Below are positions 8,561 through 19,622 of a stretch of 64,000 bases of DNA, piece after piece. The stretch is from Limisphaerales bacterium. Its GTDB lineage: Bacteria > Verrucomicrobiota > Verrucomicrobiia > Limisphaerales > JAYTXL01. The stretch covers positions 2,816-66,815 of the forward strand of contig JBKJSC010000265.1 in NCBI GenBank assembly GCA_046593035.1, read 5' to 3'. Made by a program: the position numbers and the translations under genes. Position 1 is the stretch's first letter; every line of letters begins with the position of its first letter. The notes below the pieces were generated by a model. The model worked only from the letters and a program-made list of their open reading frames with translations, was not told the DNA's origin and made no database searches.

Positions 8561-9243
8561 ACAACGGCGGCACCGCAGGCAAGATGAACTTCGTCTATAC
8601 CGTCACCTGGTTGACGGGCCGGCTGCTTTACGCGACCTATTTTCGCTGGCGGGTGTTTCATCCGGAGCGCGTGCCGCTGACCGGGCCGGTGATTCTCGCG
8701 GCCAACCACGCCAGTTACATGGACCCGCCGCTCGTGGGCTGCGGCCTGCCACGCACGGTCAACTATCTCGCGCGCGAAAGCCTCTTCAAGAATCCCGTGT
8801 TTGGCTGGTTTCTACGCCAGCTCAGTTCGGTGCCCGTGGATCGCGATGGCGGCGGCGCGGCGGGCTTGCGCGCGATCATCAGCCGGCTCGAAGCAGGCGG
8901 GGTGATTCTGCTTTTCCCGGAAGGCACGCGCACGAGCGATGGAAAATTACAACCGGCGCGGTCGGGTATTGGACTGACGGTCATAAAATCCACCGCGCCC
9001 GTGGTGCCGGTGCGGGTGTTCGGGACTTACGACGCGTTTGGTCGGCACATGAAAATTCCCCGGCCCCGGCCCATCGCGGTGAAGTACGGAGAGCCGATGG
9101 TATTCGAAGCCTTGCGCGCGGAAGCCAAACGCTGCACCAAACCACGCTTGAAGGAAATTTACCAGCAGGTGGCCAACGAAATCATGGCGGCGATTGCGAA
9201 GCTGGAGGCGGCGAAGGACAAGGTGCCTGCAAACAACGCGTAG
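8557..9243 (+). CDS. plsC: 1-acyl-sn-glycerol-3-phosphate acyltransferase
   Basis: NHxxxxD motif (ANHASYMDPP) and FPEGTRT motif. ATGA start/stop overlap with cmk. Confidence 0.85.
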   Translation: MNNGGTAGKMNFVYTVTWLTGRLLYATYFRWRVFHPERVPLTGPVILAANHASYMDPPLVGCGLPRTVNYLARESLFKNPVFGWFLRQLSSVPVDRDGGGAAGLRAIISRLEAGGVILLFPEGTRTSDGKLQPARSGIGLTVIKSTAPVVPVRVFGTYDAFGRHMKIPRPRPIAVKYGEPMVFEALRAEAKRCTKPRLKEIYQQVANEIMAAIAKLEAAKDKVPANNA

Positions 9244-9261
9244 CCGCCGTGTCTCGCGGTG

Positions 9262-10428
9262 TTACTTGTGGTCAATGCCGACGGCTTGCCGCAACTCGGT
9301 CAGGCCGCGTTCGGCGAGCCGCATTCGCAGGCCTTCGACGATTTCCTTCACCACCGACGGGCCTTCATAAACCAGGCTGGTGTAAATCTGCACCAATGAC
9401 GCGCCGGCGGTGATTTTTTCCCACGCGTCGGCGGCGGTAAAAATCCCGCCGACTCCAATAATCGGCACCGTGCCATCCGTCTGGCGGTGGAGATGGCGGA
9501 TGACCTCCGTGCTGCGTGCGCGCAACGGCCGCCCGCTCAGGCCGCCGGTTTCCGAGTAGATGCGCTTGAGATCTTCATCGGTCGTCTCGGGCCGGGTGAT
9601 GGTTGTGTTTGTCGCCACGATCCCGGCGAGGCCGCGTGGCCCGGCGAGCGCGAGGATTTCATCCAGCGCCTCGAGCGCGAGGTCGGGGGCGACTTTCACG
9701 AGAATGGGTTTGGGCGAGTGCCGAATTTCATTTCCCCGGCCCTCGGCGCGCGCGATTCGACCATTGGCCGAATTGATTTCCTGCAACGCCGCCAGAATCT
9801 CATCCAGCGCCGCCTTGTCCTGAAGCTGGCGCAAGTTGGGCGTGTTGGGCGAGCTGACGTTGACGACGAAGAAATCGGCGAACGGCCAGAGCACGCGGAA
9901 TGAATTGGCATAGTCGCTGGCGGCCTGTTCCAGCGGGGTGGCTTTTGATTTGCCAAGGTTGATGCCGACCGGATGCGCGGGCCAGCGACCCAGTTGTTTC
10001 CACCTGGCGAGCTGCGCGGCCATGGCTTCGGCTCCGCCGTTGTTGAAGCCCATGCGGTTGATGAGTGCCTCGTCGTCCACCGCGCGGAACATGCGCGGCG
10101 CGGGATTGCCCGGCTGCGCCTGCCACGTAACGCCACCGAGTTCGCTGAAGCCGAAGCCGAGCGCGGGCCAGACGGGCACGGCGGCAGCGTGTTTGTCCAT
10201 GCCCGCCGCGAGGCCGACGGGATTGGGAAAGCGCAGGCCGAACAATTCGACCGCCAACTCCGGCGCGCTGAAAAATGCCGCCGTGGCATCACAAAGGATT
10301 TCGCGCCGGCTGGTCCAGCCGAGCGCCGCGAGCGTGCGGTTGTGGATCGCTTCCGACTCCTGAGAAAAGAGCACCGGGCGGATGAGATTGCGGTACAGCC
10401 AGCTCATGGCCCAAAAATATCTACTCAC
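9262..10428 (-). CDS. pyrD: Dihydroorotate dehydrogenase (quinone), class 2
   Basis: Motifs GFNNGG, NLGKSK, VNVSSPNTPNLRQLQ, VKVAPDL, ATNTT and GGLSG. The start may be the ATG at 10407 (MSWLYRNLIRPVLF). Confidence 0.9.
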   Translation of the reverse strand: MSRYFWAMSWLYRNLIRPVLFSQESEAIHNRTLAALGWTSRREILCDATAAFFSAPELAVELFGLRFPNPVGLAAGMDKHAAAVPVWPALGFGFSELGGVTWQAQPGNPAPRMFRAVDDEALINRMGFNNGGAEAMAAQLARWKQLGRWPAHPVGINLGKSKATPLEQAASDYANSFRVLWPFADFFVVNVSSPNTPNLRQLQDKAALDEILAALQEINSANGRIARAEGRGNEIRHSPKPILVKVAPDLALEALDEILALAGPRGLAGIVATNTTITRPETTDEDLKRIYSETGGLSGRPLRARSTEVIRHLHRQTDGTVPIIGVGGIFTAADAWEKITAGASLVQIYTSLVYEGPSVVKEIVEGLRMRLAERGLTELRQAVGIDHK

Positions 10429-10505
10429 CGGATTGAAGGCGAGGTTTGTATTCGCGCTGACGGTGGCGAATGAGTTTGAAATCGTTGCGCGACCCGGAGG
10501 AATAA

Positions 10506-10922
<417 letters not shown>

Positions 10923-10937
10923 TTTTGAATTTCCTTG

Positions 10938-10966
10938 TCCTCTGTTTTTGAGACAGGGGATTTTTG
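10938..10966 (+). terminator. Rho-independent terminator after glnB
   Basis: TCCTCTGT-TTTTGAG-ACAGGGGA is an 8-bp stem with one G-U pair, followed by TTTTTGT. Confidence 0.65.
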
Positions 10967-11013
10967 TCCGTGGCGATAATGAACACCAGGCCCGCAGCTA
11001 GAAACTACACACC

Positions 11014-12426
11014 ATGACCACCCCCAAGCAGGCAATAGAGACGGCGCGGAAAGCCGGGGCGAAAATGGTGGACGTGAAGTTCGTTGACACCTTTGGCACC
11101 TGGCAGCATTTCACGGTGCCTTTCAGCGAGCTGACTGAGGAGGTTTTCATCGACGGCTTCGGCTTTGACGGATCGAGCATCCGCGGCTGGAAGAGCATCG
11201 AGGCGTCGGACATGTTGGCGATACCTGATCCAAACACCGCATTCATCGATCCGTTCATGGCGGTGCCGACGCTGTCGTTGACGTGCATGATTGCCGAGAC
11301 GGGCACCAAGGAACCCTACAATCGCGACCCGCGCGGGATCGCCCAGCGCGGCGAGAAATATCTGGCTTCGACTGGGCTGGCCGACGCGGCAGTGTTTGGA
11401 CCGGAGGCGGAGTTCTTCATTTTTGACAACGTGCAGTTTGACTCGAAGAACAACGGGACGTTTTACTCGGTGGACAGCGAGGAAGCGGTGTGGAACACCG
11501 GCCGGGACGAAATGCCCAACCTCGGCAACAAGGTTCGGCACAAGGAAGGTTATTTCCCGGTGGGGCCGGTGGACACACAACAGGACATCCGCACGGAGAT
11601 GTGCCTGATCTTGGAGTCGTTAGGCATCAAAATTGAGCGGCAGCATCACGAAGTGGCGACGGCGGGGCAGGCGGAAATTGATTTTCGTTTCGACACGTTG
11701 GTCAAGACGGCCGACAACATGATGCTCTACAAGTACGTCATCAAGAACGTGGCCAAGCAGCATGGGAAAACGGCGACGTTCATGCCCAAGCCGCTGTATG
11801 GCGACAACGGATCGGGGATGCACACGCATCAATCCTTGTGGAAAAAGGGCAAGCCGCTGTTCGCGGGAAACGAATACGCGGGCTTGAGCCAGATGGCGCT
11901 TTATTACATTGGCGGCATTTTGAAACACGCGAGGGCGCTGTGCGGGCTGTGCAATCCGACCACCAACAGTTACAAGCGGCTGGTGCCAGGATACGAAGCG
12001 CCGGTGAACCTGGCCTACTCGGCCAGAAACCGTTCCGCCGCCATCCGCATTCCGACCTTCAGCGAAAACCCGAAGGCCAAACGCATCGAATATCGTCCGC
12101 CCGATCCGGCGGCCAATCCGTATCTCGCGTACACCGCGATGCTGATGGCGGGATTGGACGGTGTGCTCAACAAAATCGAACCGGGCGAGCCGTTGGACAA
12201 GAACCTTTACGAATTGCCGCCGGGCGAGTTGAAGAAAGTACCGCAAGTGCCGGGCAGTCTGGATGAGGCGCTCAATCACTTGGAGAAAGATCACGCGTTT
12301 CTGTTGAAGGGAGACGTGTTCACGGCAGACTTCCTGGAGATGTGGATCCATCACAAACGCAAAGAACACGACGCGATCCGGCTGCGCCCGCATCCGCACG
12401 AATTCTTCCTCTATTACGATGTCTAA
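11014..12426 (+). CDS. glnA: Glutamine synthetase type I
   Basis: 470 aa. Motifs [28 protein letters not shown] and the adenylylation-region NLYELP. Confidence 0.95.
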   Translation: MTTPKQAIETARKAGAKMVDVKFVDTFGTWQHFTVPFSELTEEVFIDGFGFDGSSIRGWKSIEASDMLAIPDPNTAFIDPFMAVPTLSLTCMIAETGTKEPYNRDPRGIAQRGEKYLASTGLADAAVFGPEAEFFIFDNVQFDSKNNGTFYSVDSEEAVWNTGRDEMPNLGNKVRHKEGYFPVGPVDTQQDIRTEMCLILESLGIKIERQHHEVATAGQAEIDFRFDTLVKTADNMMLYKYVIKNVAKQHGKTATFMPKPLYGDNGSGMHTHQSLWKKGKPLFAGNEYAGLSQMALYYIGGILKHARALCGLCNPTTNSYKRLVPGYEAPVNLAYSARNRSAAIRIPTFSENPKAKRIEYRPPDPAANPYLAYTAMLMAGLDGVLNKIEPGEPLDKNLYELPPGELKKVPQVPGSLDEALNHLEKDHAFLLKGDVFTADFLEMWIHHKRKEHDAIRLRPHPHEFFLYYDV

Positions 12427-12857
12427 ATTATTTGGAAATTGCGAAATTGCCGCGTTCGTGGGGCATATTTTGCCCGCCGACAAATTCAAAAACACCCGAT
12501 TTTATTGGCCATTTGTGGCTGTTAATAACTTGCGAACAAGAGTTAATATGTTGTCCTCGTCACCATTCGCGACATTGTCTAAAAACTCCCCCGCATCCGG
12601 AGCGGTGAATGTTCGTGCCCTGTAGTGAACTGTGCAGCGGGAATTATTGCTTTTGAAATATTTGTAACATATTGAACATCAATTGTCTAAAACAATTCCA
12701 GGCGGCGCTAAAAACGCCCCAACCGCAGCCGAGGCTTGATTTTATTGTCGCGTGTGATTTGTCATCCTGTAAGCAACTGTAAAACGCAAAGTTACAAGCG
12801 GGTGTGGCGGTTAAGTGAATAAACTAGGATAATTTGCAAGTGGAAAAACGAAGTAAC
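12427..12857. other. Candidate oriC / dnaA control region
   Basis: About 430 bp non-coding spacer directly upstream of dnaA, visibly AT-richer than the window (for example 12640-12700). Exact direct repeats: ATTGTCTAAAA at 12574 and 12682, and GATTTTATTG at 12498 and 12738. Only imperfect DnaA-box-like sites are present (TGTGGCTGT at 12514, TGTGGCGGT at 12803). Confidence 0.4.
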
Positions 12858-14219
12858 ATGCAGGCATCTGTGGAAAAAATTTGGGCCACCGCGCGAGAAC
12901 AACTCCGCACGATGCTGAATGCCGACACCTACAACCTCTGGTTCGCACCGCTGCGCGCGACCGCGCTGGACACGAATTCCATCACCTTGGAGGTGGCGAA
13001 TGATTTTTGCGAAGTGTGGCTCAAGGACAATTATCTGGGGCTTTTGCAGGACGTTCTTTCTCGCGCCGCGAACAATCCTTTGCAGGTCAAATTCAAAGTG
13101 GCGGCGGGACACGAAGCGGCGTCACCGTCCGCCGTTGGGGTCGCAGCAAAAACTAAAGTGGCGGAGGAGCCGACGCCGCGTGGCGCTTCCAACGGTGAGC
13201 CGATTTTTAATCCCAAGAATACCTTCGACACGTTCGTGGTCGGCAACAACAACAACTTCGCCCACGCGGCCGCACTCGCCGTCGCGCAGGCACCCGGTAA
13301 ATCCTACAACCCGCTTTTTCTCTACGGTGGCGTGGGTTTGGGCAAAACCCATCTCCTCCATGCCATCGGCCAATACGTCGCCAGCCACAAGAAAGGTGCG
13401 CGCGTGGCCTATTTGTCGTCGGAAAAATTTACCAATGAATACATTGATGCGATTCAGAACAGCCAGCTCGTGCGCTTTAGGAAAAAATACCGGCAGACCG
13501 ATGTGCTGTTGATCGACGACATCCAGTTCCTCGCCGGCAAGGAGCGCATTCAGGAGGAATTTTTCCACACGTTCAACGCCCTGCATGAGGCGCACAAGCA
13601 GATCGTGCTCACCTGTGACCGGCCCGCCAGCGAGATCCAAAACCTGGAGCATCGCCTAGTGTCCCGCTTTGAATGGGGTTTGGTGACCGACCTTCAACTG
13701 CCCGATGTCGAAACCCGCCTCGCCATTCTGCACAAGAAGGCGAAATTGATGGGCGTGGAGTTGCCGCCCGAGATCCTGGATTTTCTGGCCAACCGGATTC
13801 GCACCAACATCCGCCGGCTGGAAGGTGCATTGACACGCGTGGCTTCCTACGCCTCGCTCACCGGAAAAATATTATCCCTCGAAGTGGTGGAGAGCCTGCT
13901 ACGCGAAGTGCTCCACGAAGAAGGGCGCTTTACGATCAACATCGATGTCATCCAGAAAAAGGTGGCCGAGCATTTTGATATCCGGCTCGCCGACATGACC
14001 AGCAAACGCCGGCCGGAGAACATCGCTTTTCCGCGGCAGATCGCCATGTTCCTCGCCCGGCAGATGACCGAAAGTTCGCTCAACACCATCGGCGAGGCCT
14101 TCGGCGGGCGCGACCACGGTACGGTTTTGCATGCCTGCCGACTGGTCAAAGGCCGCATGGAAGTCGATGCCAACGTGCGCCAGGTGGTCCACTATCTGGA
14201 AAAGCATTTGCAGCGTTGA
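12858..14219 (+). CDS. dnaA: Chromosomal replication initiator protein DnaA
   Basis: Walker A GGVGLGKTHLLHAIG, Walker B LLIDDIQF, sensor/box VII, and the C-terminal DNA-binding helix RQIAMFLAR. ATG 12858 is preferred over TTG 12834. Confidence 0.95.
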   Translation: MQASVEKIWATAREQLRTMLNADTYNLWFAPLRATALDTNSITLEVANDFCEVWLKDNYLGLLQDVLSRAANNPLQVKFKVAAGHEAASPSAVGVAAKTKVAEEPTPRGASNGEPIFNPKNTFDTFVVGNNNNFAHAAALAVAQAPGKSYNPLFLYGGVGLGKTHLLHAIGQYVASHKKGARVAYLSSEKFTNEYIDAIQNSQLVRFRKKYRQTDVLLIDDIQFLAGKERIQEEFFHTFNALHEAHKQIVLTCDRPASEIQNLEHRLVSRFEWGLVTDLQLPDVETRLAILHKKAKLMGVELPPEILDFLANRIRTNIRRLEGALTRVASYASLTGKILSLEVVESLLREVLHEEGRFTINIDVIQKKVAEHFDIRLADMTSKRRPENIAFPRQIAMFLARQMTESSLNTIGEAFGGRDHGTVLHACRLVKGRMEVDANVRQVVHYLEKHLQR

Positions 14220-14242
14220 GCCTGAGGGAAGCCCACTGAAAT

Positions 14243-15253
14243 TTGAAATCCAGTATTTCAAATGACCTTCGTCCCGTGCCCGTCATTCAAGTTCAAGGCC
14301 TGACCAAAGCCTACCGCACCTACAAGAAGCAGCCTGGTTTCAAGGGGGCCGTCCGGGGATTGTTTCACCGCGAATACGAGCAGACCCTCGCCGCCAAGGA
14401 AGTCACATTCGAGGTCGAGGAAGGCGAACTTGTCGGCTTTCTCGGCCCGAATGGCGCGGGCAAAACCACCACACTCAAGATGCTCGCTGGCCTGCTTTAT
14501 CCCACGAGTGGCACGGCGCGCGTGCTGGGTTACGTGCCGTGGGAACGCGACGACGGTTATCGTCGGCAATTTGCGCTTCTGCTTGGCCAGAAGAACCAGC
14601 TCTGGTGGGATTTGCCGGCGCGGGAATCGCTGGAACTCAACAGCAAGATCTACGGCATCGAAACCGCCGTCTTTGAGCGCACGGTCGCCGAGATGACCGA
14701 GCTGCTCCAGGTGCAGGACAAGCTCAATGTGATGGTGCGCGAGCTGTCGCTGGGCGAGCGGATGAAGATGGAGTTGATCGCGGCCCTGTTGCACCAGCCC
14801 AAGGTGCTGTTTCTCGACGAGCCGACCATCGGACTCGACGTCGTTTCGCAGAAAACCGTCCGCGAATTTTTGCGCCACCACAACGCCAAGCGCAAGACCA
14901 CCATCCTGCTGACGAGCCATTATATGGCCGACATCCAGGAACTCTGCCAGCGTGTGATCATCATCGACCACGGCACGATCTTCTTCGACGGCAAACTCAG
15001 CGAAATCATCGATCGCTTTGCGGATTTCAAGTTGATCACGATCCAGTGCGGCAACGCGGCCAGTTGCCCGGCTGAGAATCTGGCGAAGTACGGCGAAGTG
15101 ATGGAGCAAACTGCGGTGAGCATCAAACTCAAAGTCAAACGCGACCGCGTGATCCTCGTCTGCAAGGCGTTGCTCGATGAACTCCCCGTGACCGACATCG
15201 ACATTCAAGAAGTCCCCATCGAGGACATCATCCGCCAGATTTTTGCCCGGTGA
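14243..15253 (+). CDS. ABC transporter ATP-binding protein (ABC-2/COG4586-like), no adjacent permease
   Basis: Walker A GPNGAGKTTTLKML, signature LSLGERMKMEL, Walker B LFLDEPT, and a C-terminal extra domain. TTG start. Confidence 0.85.
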   Translation: MKSSISNDLRPVPVIQVQGLTKAYRTYKKQPGFKGAVRGLFHREYEQTLAAKEVTFEVEEGELVGFLGPNGAGKTTTLKMLAGLLYPTSGTARVLGYVPWERDDGYRRQFALLLGQKNQLWWDLPARESLELNSKIYGIETAVFERTVAEMTELLQVQDKLNVMVRELSLGERMKMELIAALLHQPKVLFLDEPTIGLDVVSQKTVREFLRHHNAKRKTTILLTSHYMADIQELCQRVIIIDHGTIFFDGKLSEIIDRFADFKLITIQCGNAASCPAENLAKYGEVMEQTAVSIKLKVKRDRVILVCKALLDELPVTDIDIQEVPIEDIIRQIFAR

Positions 15254-16435
15254 TTATTTTCCAACGCGGCTGACAAATCGCCCCATCCTTTCCGTCGCGA
15301 CTTGAAGCTGGTCCAACGCCGTGGCGAAGCAGCAGCGCAGATAACCCTCACCGCTCGGCCCGAACGCGCTGCCGGGGACGCACGCGACTTTTTCCTGTTC
15401 GAGCAATTTGAAGGCAAATTCTTTTGAACTCAGTCCCGTGGATTTGATGCAGGGAAAGGCATAGAACGAACCGCGCGGCAGGTGGCAAGTGAGGCCGAGG
15501 TCGTTGAACGCTTTCACAATGAAATTGCGGCGGGCGCGATACTGCTCGCGCATTTCGGCAGTGTCCGGTTCGCCGTGCAGAATCGCCTCGAGCGCCGCCT
15601 CCTGGCTGATAATACTCGCGCACAGCATCGAGTATTGATGAATCCGCATCATCGCCTCAATCAACTCCGCCGGGCCGCAGGCGTAGCCGATCCGGAAACC
15701 GGTCATCGCATACGCCTTGCTGAAGCCATGCAGGAAAATCGTCCGCTCCGCCATGCCGGGCAGCGACGCGATGCTCACGTGTCCGCCCTCGAAGGTCAGT
15801 TCGCTGTAAATCTCGTCAGTGATGACGAGCAGATTGTGTTTCCGCACGACGGCGGCGATTTTCAACAACTCCTCGCGCGTCATCGTGCCGCCAGTGGGGT
15901 TCGTCGGAAAATTCAGCAACAGTGCTTTGCTGCGAGGCGTGACAACCTTTTCAATCGCCTCGGCGGTGACGGCGAATCCGTTTTCGGCCGAGCACGACAC
16001 GGCCACGGGCACGCCGTGCGCCATGGATACGCTGGGCGAATAGCTCACGTAGCAGGGTTCGTGATAAATGATTTCATCGCCGGGATTGATGACCGCGCGC
16101 AACGCGAGATCCAGCGCCTCGCTCACGCCCACGGCGATGAGGATTTGTTTCTTGGGATCGTAACTGACCTGGAAATGTTTCTCCACGCTCGCGCTAATGG
16201 CCTCGCGCAGTTTGAGCAGACCGAGGTTCGAGGTATAGGTGGTTTTGCCGCGTTCGAGCGCGTAGATCGCCGCCTCGCGGATGTGCCATGGCGTGACGAA
16301 ATCCGGCTCGCCCACGCCCAGCGAGATCACATCCTTCTGGCTTTGGACGATGTCAAAAAACTCGCGGATGCCGGAGCGCGGAATCCCGGCCACATTCGCG
16401 GCGATGAATCTTTCAGGTTGAAACGGCGTTGTCAT
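15254..16435 (-). CDS. Class I/II pyridoxal-phosphate-dependent aminotransferase (aspartate/aromatic type)
   Basis: Motifs GVGEPDF, NPTG and FSKAYAMTGFRIGY (PLP lysine). Start taken at ATG 16435 (MTTPFQPERF). Confidence 0.85.
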   Translation of the reverse strand: MTTPFQPERFIAANVAGIPRSGIREFFDIVQSQKDVISLGVGEPDFVTPWHIREAAIYALERGKTTYTSNLGLLKLREAISASVEKHFQVSYDPKKQILIAVGVSEALDLALRAVINPGDEIIYHEPCYVSYSPSVSMAHGVPVAVSCSAENGFAVTAEAIEKVVTPRSKALLLNFPTNPTGGTMTREELLKIAAVVRKHNLLVITDEIYSELTFEGGHVSIASLPGMAERTIFLHGFSKAYAMTGFRIGYACGPAELIEAMMRIHQYSMLCASIISQEAALEAILHGEPDTAEMREQYRARRNFIVKAFNDLGLTCHLPRGSFYAFPCIKSTGLSSKEFAFKLLEQEKVACVPGSAFGPSGEGYLRCCFATALDQLQVATERMGRFVSRVGK

Positions 16436-16677
16436 TGAAACACAAGGCGCACAATCAACCGCAAATCCGCCCGCTTGAAAACAACTAATTCTCCTGGCCC
16501 GCCGAGACCGCGATAACTCATCCGTCAAATGTCGCGCGAAATGCTTGAAGCGAATCTTGCGCTGTGACAACAATCCCGCGTCCGCCAGAAATAGTACCGG
16601 CACCGGGTGACACAACGCGGGTGAACGGCGTCTCTGGCGGCAGGCAAAACAAAAATTCAGACAACCCTTTTCTTACC

Positions 16678-17418
16678 ATGCAACTCAAGAAAGCCCTCGC
16701 GCCGCTGTTCATCCTCGCCGCCGCCCTGTTGACCGTCCTCCCGGCCAGCGCCCAACCCAACCCCGCCGAAATCACGGCGGCCTTGACGCAATTGTTCGGC
16801 GGCCAGACCGGGTTCACGGCGCGCGCGGAACTCACGGTGGTCGAGGAAAACGCGAAGGAAGGCAGCATTCCTTTCACGCTGGCCTGGTCGGAAGGCAAGG
16901 CGCGGCTCGAAGTGGATTTGGGATTACTCAAGAGCGACCGCGTTCCGTCCGACATCCTCGGCGGCATCAAGAAAGCCGGGCTGGACAAGGTGACGGCCAT
17001 CTTGTTGCCGACGGGGCCGCTGGCCTATGTGATTTCCCCCGGCCTCAAGGCGTATGCCCAGCAGCCGTTGCCCACAGGCAATGCGTCGGCTCAAGGTGGC
17101 AAGATCAAGGTTGAAAAATCCGAAATCGGCAAGGAAACGATCGACGGTCATCCGTGTGTCAAATACAAGGTGGTCTTGAGCGGTGACGGCCAGACACAGG
17201 AAATCACTCTGTGGAGCGCCACGGATTTGAAGGATTTTCCCACGAAGATTTTCGCGGAAGTGGCGGGCAATAAAATCACACTGCGTTTGAAGGAGGTCAA
17301 ACTCGCCAAGCCCGACGCCAAACAATTCGAGGCTCCGGCTGATTATAACAAGCTCGACGGGATTCCGGCCTTGGTGGCTGCGGCCACCGCGAAGTTCAAC
17401 GCCGCGACGAACCAGTAG
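16678..17418 (+). CDS. Secreted hypothetical protein (LolA/DUF4412-like fold suspected)
   Basis: Signal peptide MQLKKALAPLFILAAALLTVLPASA. Beta-rich sequence with no catalytic motif. Start at ATG 16678. Confidence 0.6.
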   Translation: MQLKKALAPLFILAAALLTVLPASAQPNPAEITAALTQLFGGQTGFTARAELTVVEENAKEGSIPFTLAWSEGKARLEVDLGLLKSDRVPSDILGGIKKAGLDKVTAILLPTGPLAYVISPGLKAYAQQPLPTGNASAQGGKIKVEKSEIGKETIDGHPCVKYKVVLSGDGQTQEITLWSATDLKDFPTKIFAEVAGNKITLRLKEVKLAKPDAKQFEAPADYNKLDGIPALVAAATAKFNAATNQ

Positions 17419-17456
17419 GTTTCGAGTCCGCCAAACGGCACGCATTCATTGACGAC

Positions 17457-18872
17457 CTAGCCCCGCAGCCAGAGTCGCACCCAGGCGCGTTGCGGGGTTT
17501 CGATCAGGATGTCCCGCAACAGGTCTTCCATGCTGGCGGCTTCGGGTTCGTCCAATCGACGGCACAAGGTGAGCGCCACCAGAAACATCACCATCACCGC
17601 CGCGAAAAAAAGGCTGAACCGGTTCCACTCCACTCCGAGCCAGTGGAACTTCGTCCCTTGCAGCGCGTCGATTGTCAGCCCCCACAAAATCGGCGAGAGA
17701 CCGAGCGCCAAACTGCCCACGACCGAAAAGAGCGCGAAGAAATGGCTGCGGCCCATCGCCGGGATGATCGCCATGGCGAGCCGCACGTTGGCCATGTTCA
17801 CCAGCGCCGCCGCGAGTCCCATGAGAAATTGCAGGAGCAACAACAACGAATGTTCCGGGGCCAGCACGCCGCCCGCCAGCGCCAGCCAGACCGCGACAAT
17901 CACCAGCCACGTCAAAATCGAAAAGGTCAGCACGGGTTTGCTGCCAAGCCGGTCGAGGCGCGGGCCGAGAAACCACAGACTGCTCAAGCCGCCAATGAAC
18001 GCCGTCGAGGTCACGAGCAAGATCGATCCTTCCATCATCCCCGATTCGATTTTCAACCACGCCACGGTGAACGCACCCAATCCGCCGAAGGCCACCGACC
18101 AGGCGACATTCAGGCGCAGCAATTTGCGGAACGGCGCGTAACCCGCGATCTCCCGCCACGGCACGGGCGTGTTGGAGGCGTGAATTTCCTCCGGCGTCTG
18201 GCCTTCGGGAATGCGTTTCAAAAATATCAGGCTGGCTCCGCCCATTAACGCGCTGAACACGAACAGCCCGCTGAAACGCCACGCCGAAGGATTTTGGCCG
18301 AGACAAATCGCGGCGAGCAGGAACACAAGGAAGTTGCCGAGATTCACGCAAGCCGCATCCGTCGCAAGGTACCGGCCACGCATGGCCGACGGCACCAGCG
18401 ACGTGATCCACGGAAGCCAGGCGCAACTGGAGATACCGCGCGACAGGTTGAACGCGAACAGGAGCATCAACACGAGCGAGAGTTGCGTGGTCGGGTTTAA
18501 AAAATTTCCCGTCAACGGCACCAGCGCCAGGCCGAAGATGAACAGCACGCGCATCCCCCAGCCGGCATATACGAACCGCTTGTAACCGACGCGTGGAACG
18601 TGCTTGGCGGCGGGAATCTGGAAGATGACCAGCAGTGGCATCATGCCGACAATGATGCCCAGCACGGTGGCGCTCGCGCCGAGGGATTTGGCGTAAAGCA
18701 CCATCGGGCTGCTGACCACAAGCGGAAACGACAGCGCGTTGAACGTCGCGAACAGAAACGCGTTGTTCAGCCCGGGCGGAAATGAATCTGTTGCTGGAGT
18801 GTTCACGGGATCAACCACACCGCGAACATTTGAGGGCAGTTGACGCGGAGACACAAGATTGGTTTTCGACAT
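17457..18872 (-). CDS. MFS transporter
   Basis: 471 aa with about 12 hydrophobic segments and an MFS-like loop (PRVGYKRF). Clearly more protein-like than the antisense ORFs. Confidence 0.75.
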   Translation of the reverse strand: MSKTNLVSPRQLPSNVRGVVDPVNTPATDSFPPGLNNAFLFATFNALSFPLVVSSPMVLYAKSLGASATVLGIIVGMMPLLVIFQIPAAKHVPRVGYKRFVYAGWGMRVLFIFGLALVPLTGNFLNPTTQLSLVLMLLFAFNLSRGISSCAWLPWITSLVPSAMRGRYLATDAACVNLGNFLVFLLAAICLGQNPSAWRFSGLFVFSALMGGASLIFLKRIPEGQTPEEIHASNTPVPWREIAGYAPFRKLLRLNVAWSVAFGGLGAFTVAWLKIESGMMEGSILLVTSTAFIGGLSSLWFLGPRLDRLGSKPVLTFSILTWLVIVAVWLALAGGVLAPEHSLLLLLQFLMGLAAALVNMANVRLAMAIIPAMGRSHFFALFSVVGSLALGLSPILWGLTIDALQGTKFHWLGVEWNRFSLFFAAVMVMFLVALTLCRRLDEPEAASMEDLLRDILIETPQRAWVRLWLRG

Positions 18873-19047
18873 CTGGCCCCGCCGCGCCGATCCAGGTTGC
18901 CAAGGTTGCTAGAAATAATTGAAACAAAGCCCTGGGCTGCCGGGTAGTCACGTCAGCGAAAGCATGAACGAAACGCCGGTTCGATGAGCCGCGCCACCCA
19001 CGAGTTGGCTGAAACTTTTTTGCTTCCCGCCGGGTTCTTGGGCTAGG

Positions 19048-19620
19048 ATGCCAGCCGCCCGCCGGGGCAAATCCATGACCGAGGCGCACCATTTCGAGGC
19101 ATTTATGCGGAACTACCAAAACATGGTGTTTAGCACCGCGTTCCGGCTGGTCGGCAACCAGGCGGAGGCGGAGGACATCTCGCAGGAAGTTTTTTTGAAA
19201 GCCTACGAACGCTACGACCAGTTGCGCGACAGCCCCACCGTCGGTGGCTGGCTGAAAACCGTGGCGACCAACTTGAGCCTGAATCACCTCACCCGTTATC
19301 GCGCACGCTGGCGGTTCTTCTCGGAGATGCGCTCGCCGGACGACGACACCGACGCGACCTTGGAGATTCCCGCGCCGGAGACCTTGCACCAAGAGCTGGA
19401 CGCGGCCGACCAGCGGCGGTTGGTGGATGCCGCTTTGCAAAAACTTCCGGCGGCGCAACGTGTCCCGCTGGTGCTGTTTCATCTTGAAGGAAAAAGCTAC
19501 GAGGAGATTTCTGTCGCGTTGGGAATCTCGTTGAGCAAGGTGAAGATCGACATCTTTCGCGGACGCGAGGCGCTGCGCCGTAAATTGAAATGGAATCCCG
19601 CCGGGCCTGACCACAACTAG
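19048..19620 (+). CDS. ECF-type RNA polymerase sigma-70 factor
   Basis: Region 2 is AEDISQEVFLKAY. Region 4 HTH is SYEEISVALGISLSKVKIDIFRGREALRRKL. Alternative start at ATG 19075. Confidence 0.85.
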   Translation: MPAARRGKSMTEAHHFEAFMRNYQNMVFSTAFRLVGNQAEAEDISQEVFLKAYERYDQLRDSPTVGGWLKTVATNLSLNHLTRYRARWRFFSEMRSPDDDTDATLEIPAPETLHQELDAADQRRLVDAALQKLPAAQRVPLVLFHLEGKSYEEISVALGISLSKVKIDIFRGREALRRKLKWNPAGPDHN

Positions 19621-19622
19621 CA

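Noticed and set aside
12427-12857. Canonical DnaA boxes (TTATCCACA/TGTGGATAA) in the dnaA upstream spacer
   Set aside because: I found no perfect or single-mismatch match by eye, only 5-6 of 9 matches. The origin call therefore stays at low confidence and rests on position, AT-richness and direct repeats.
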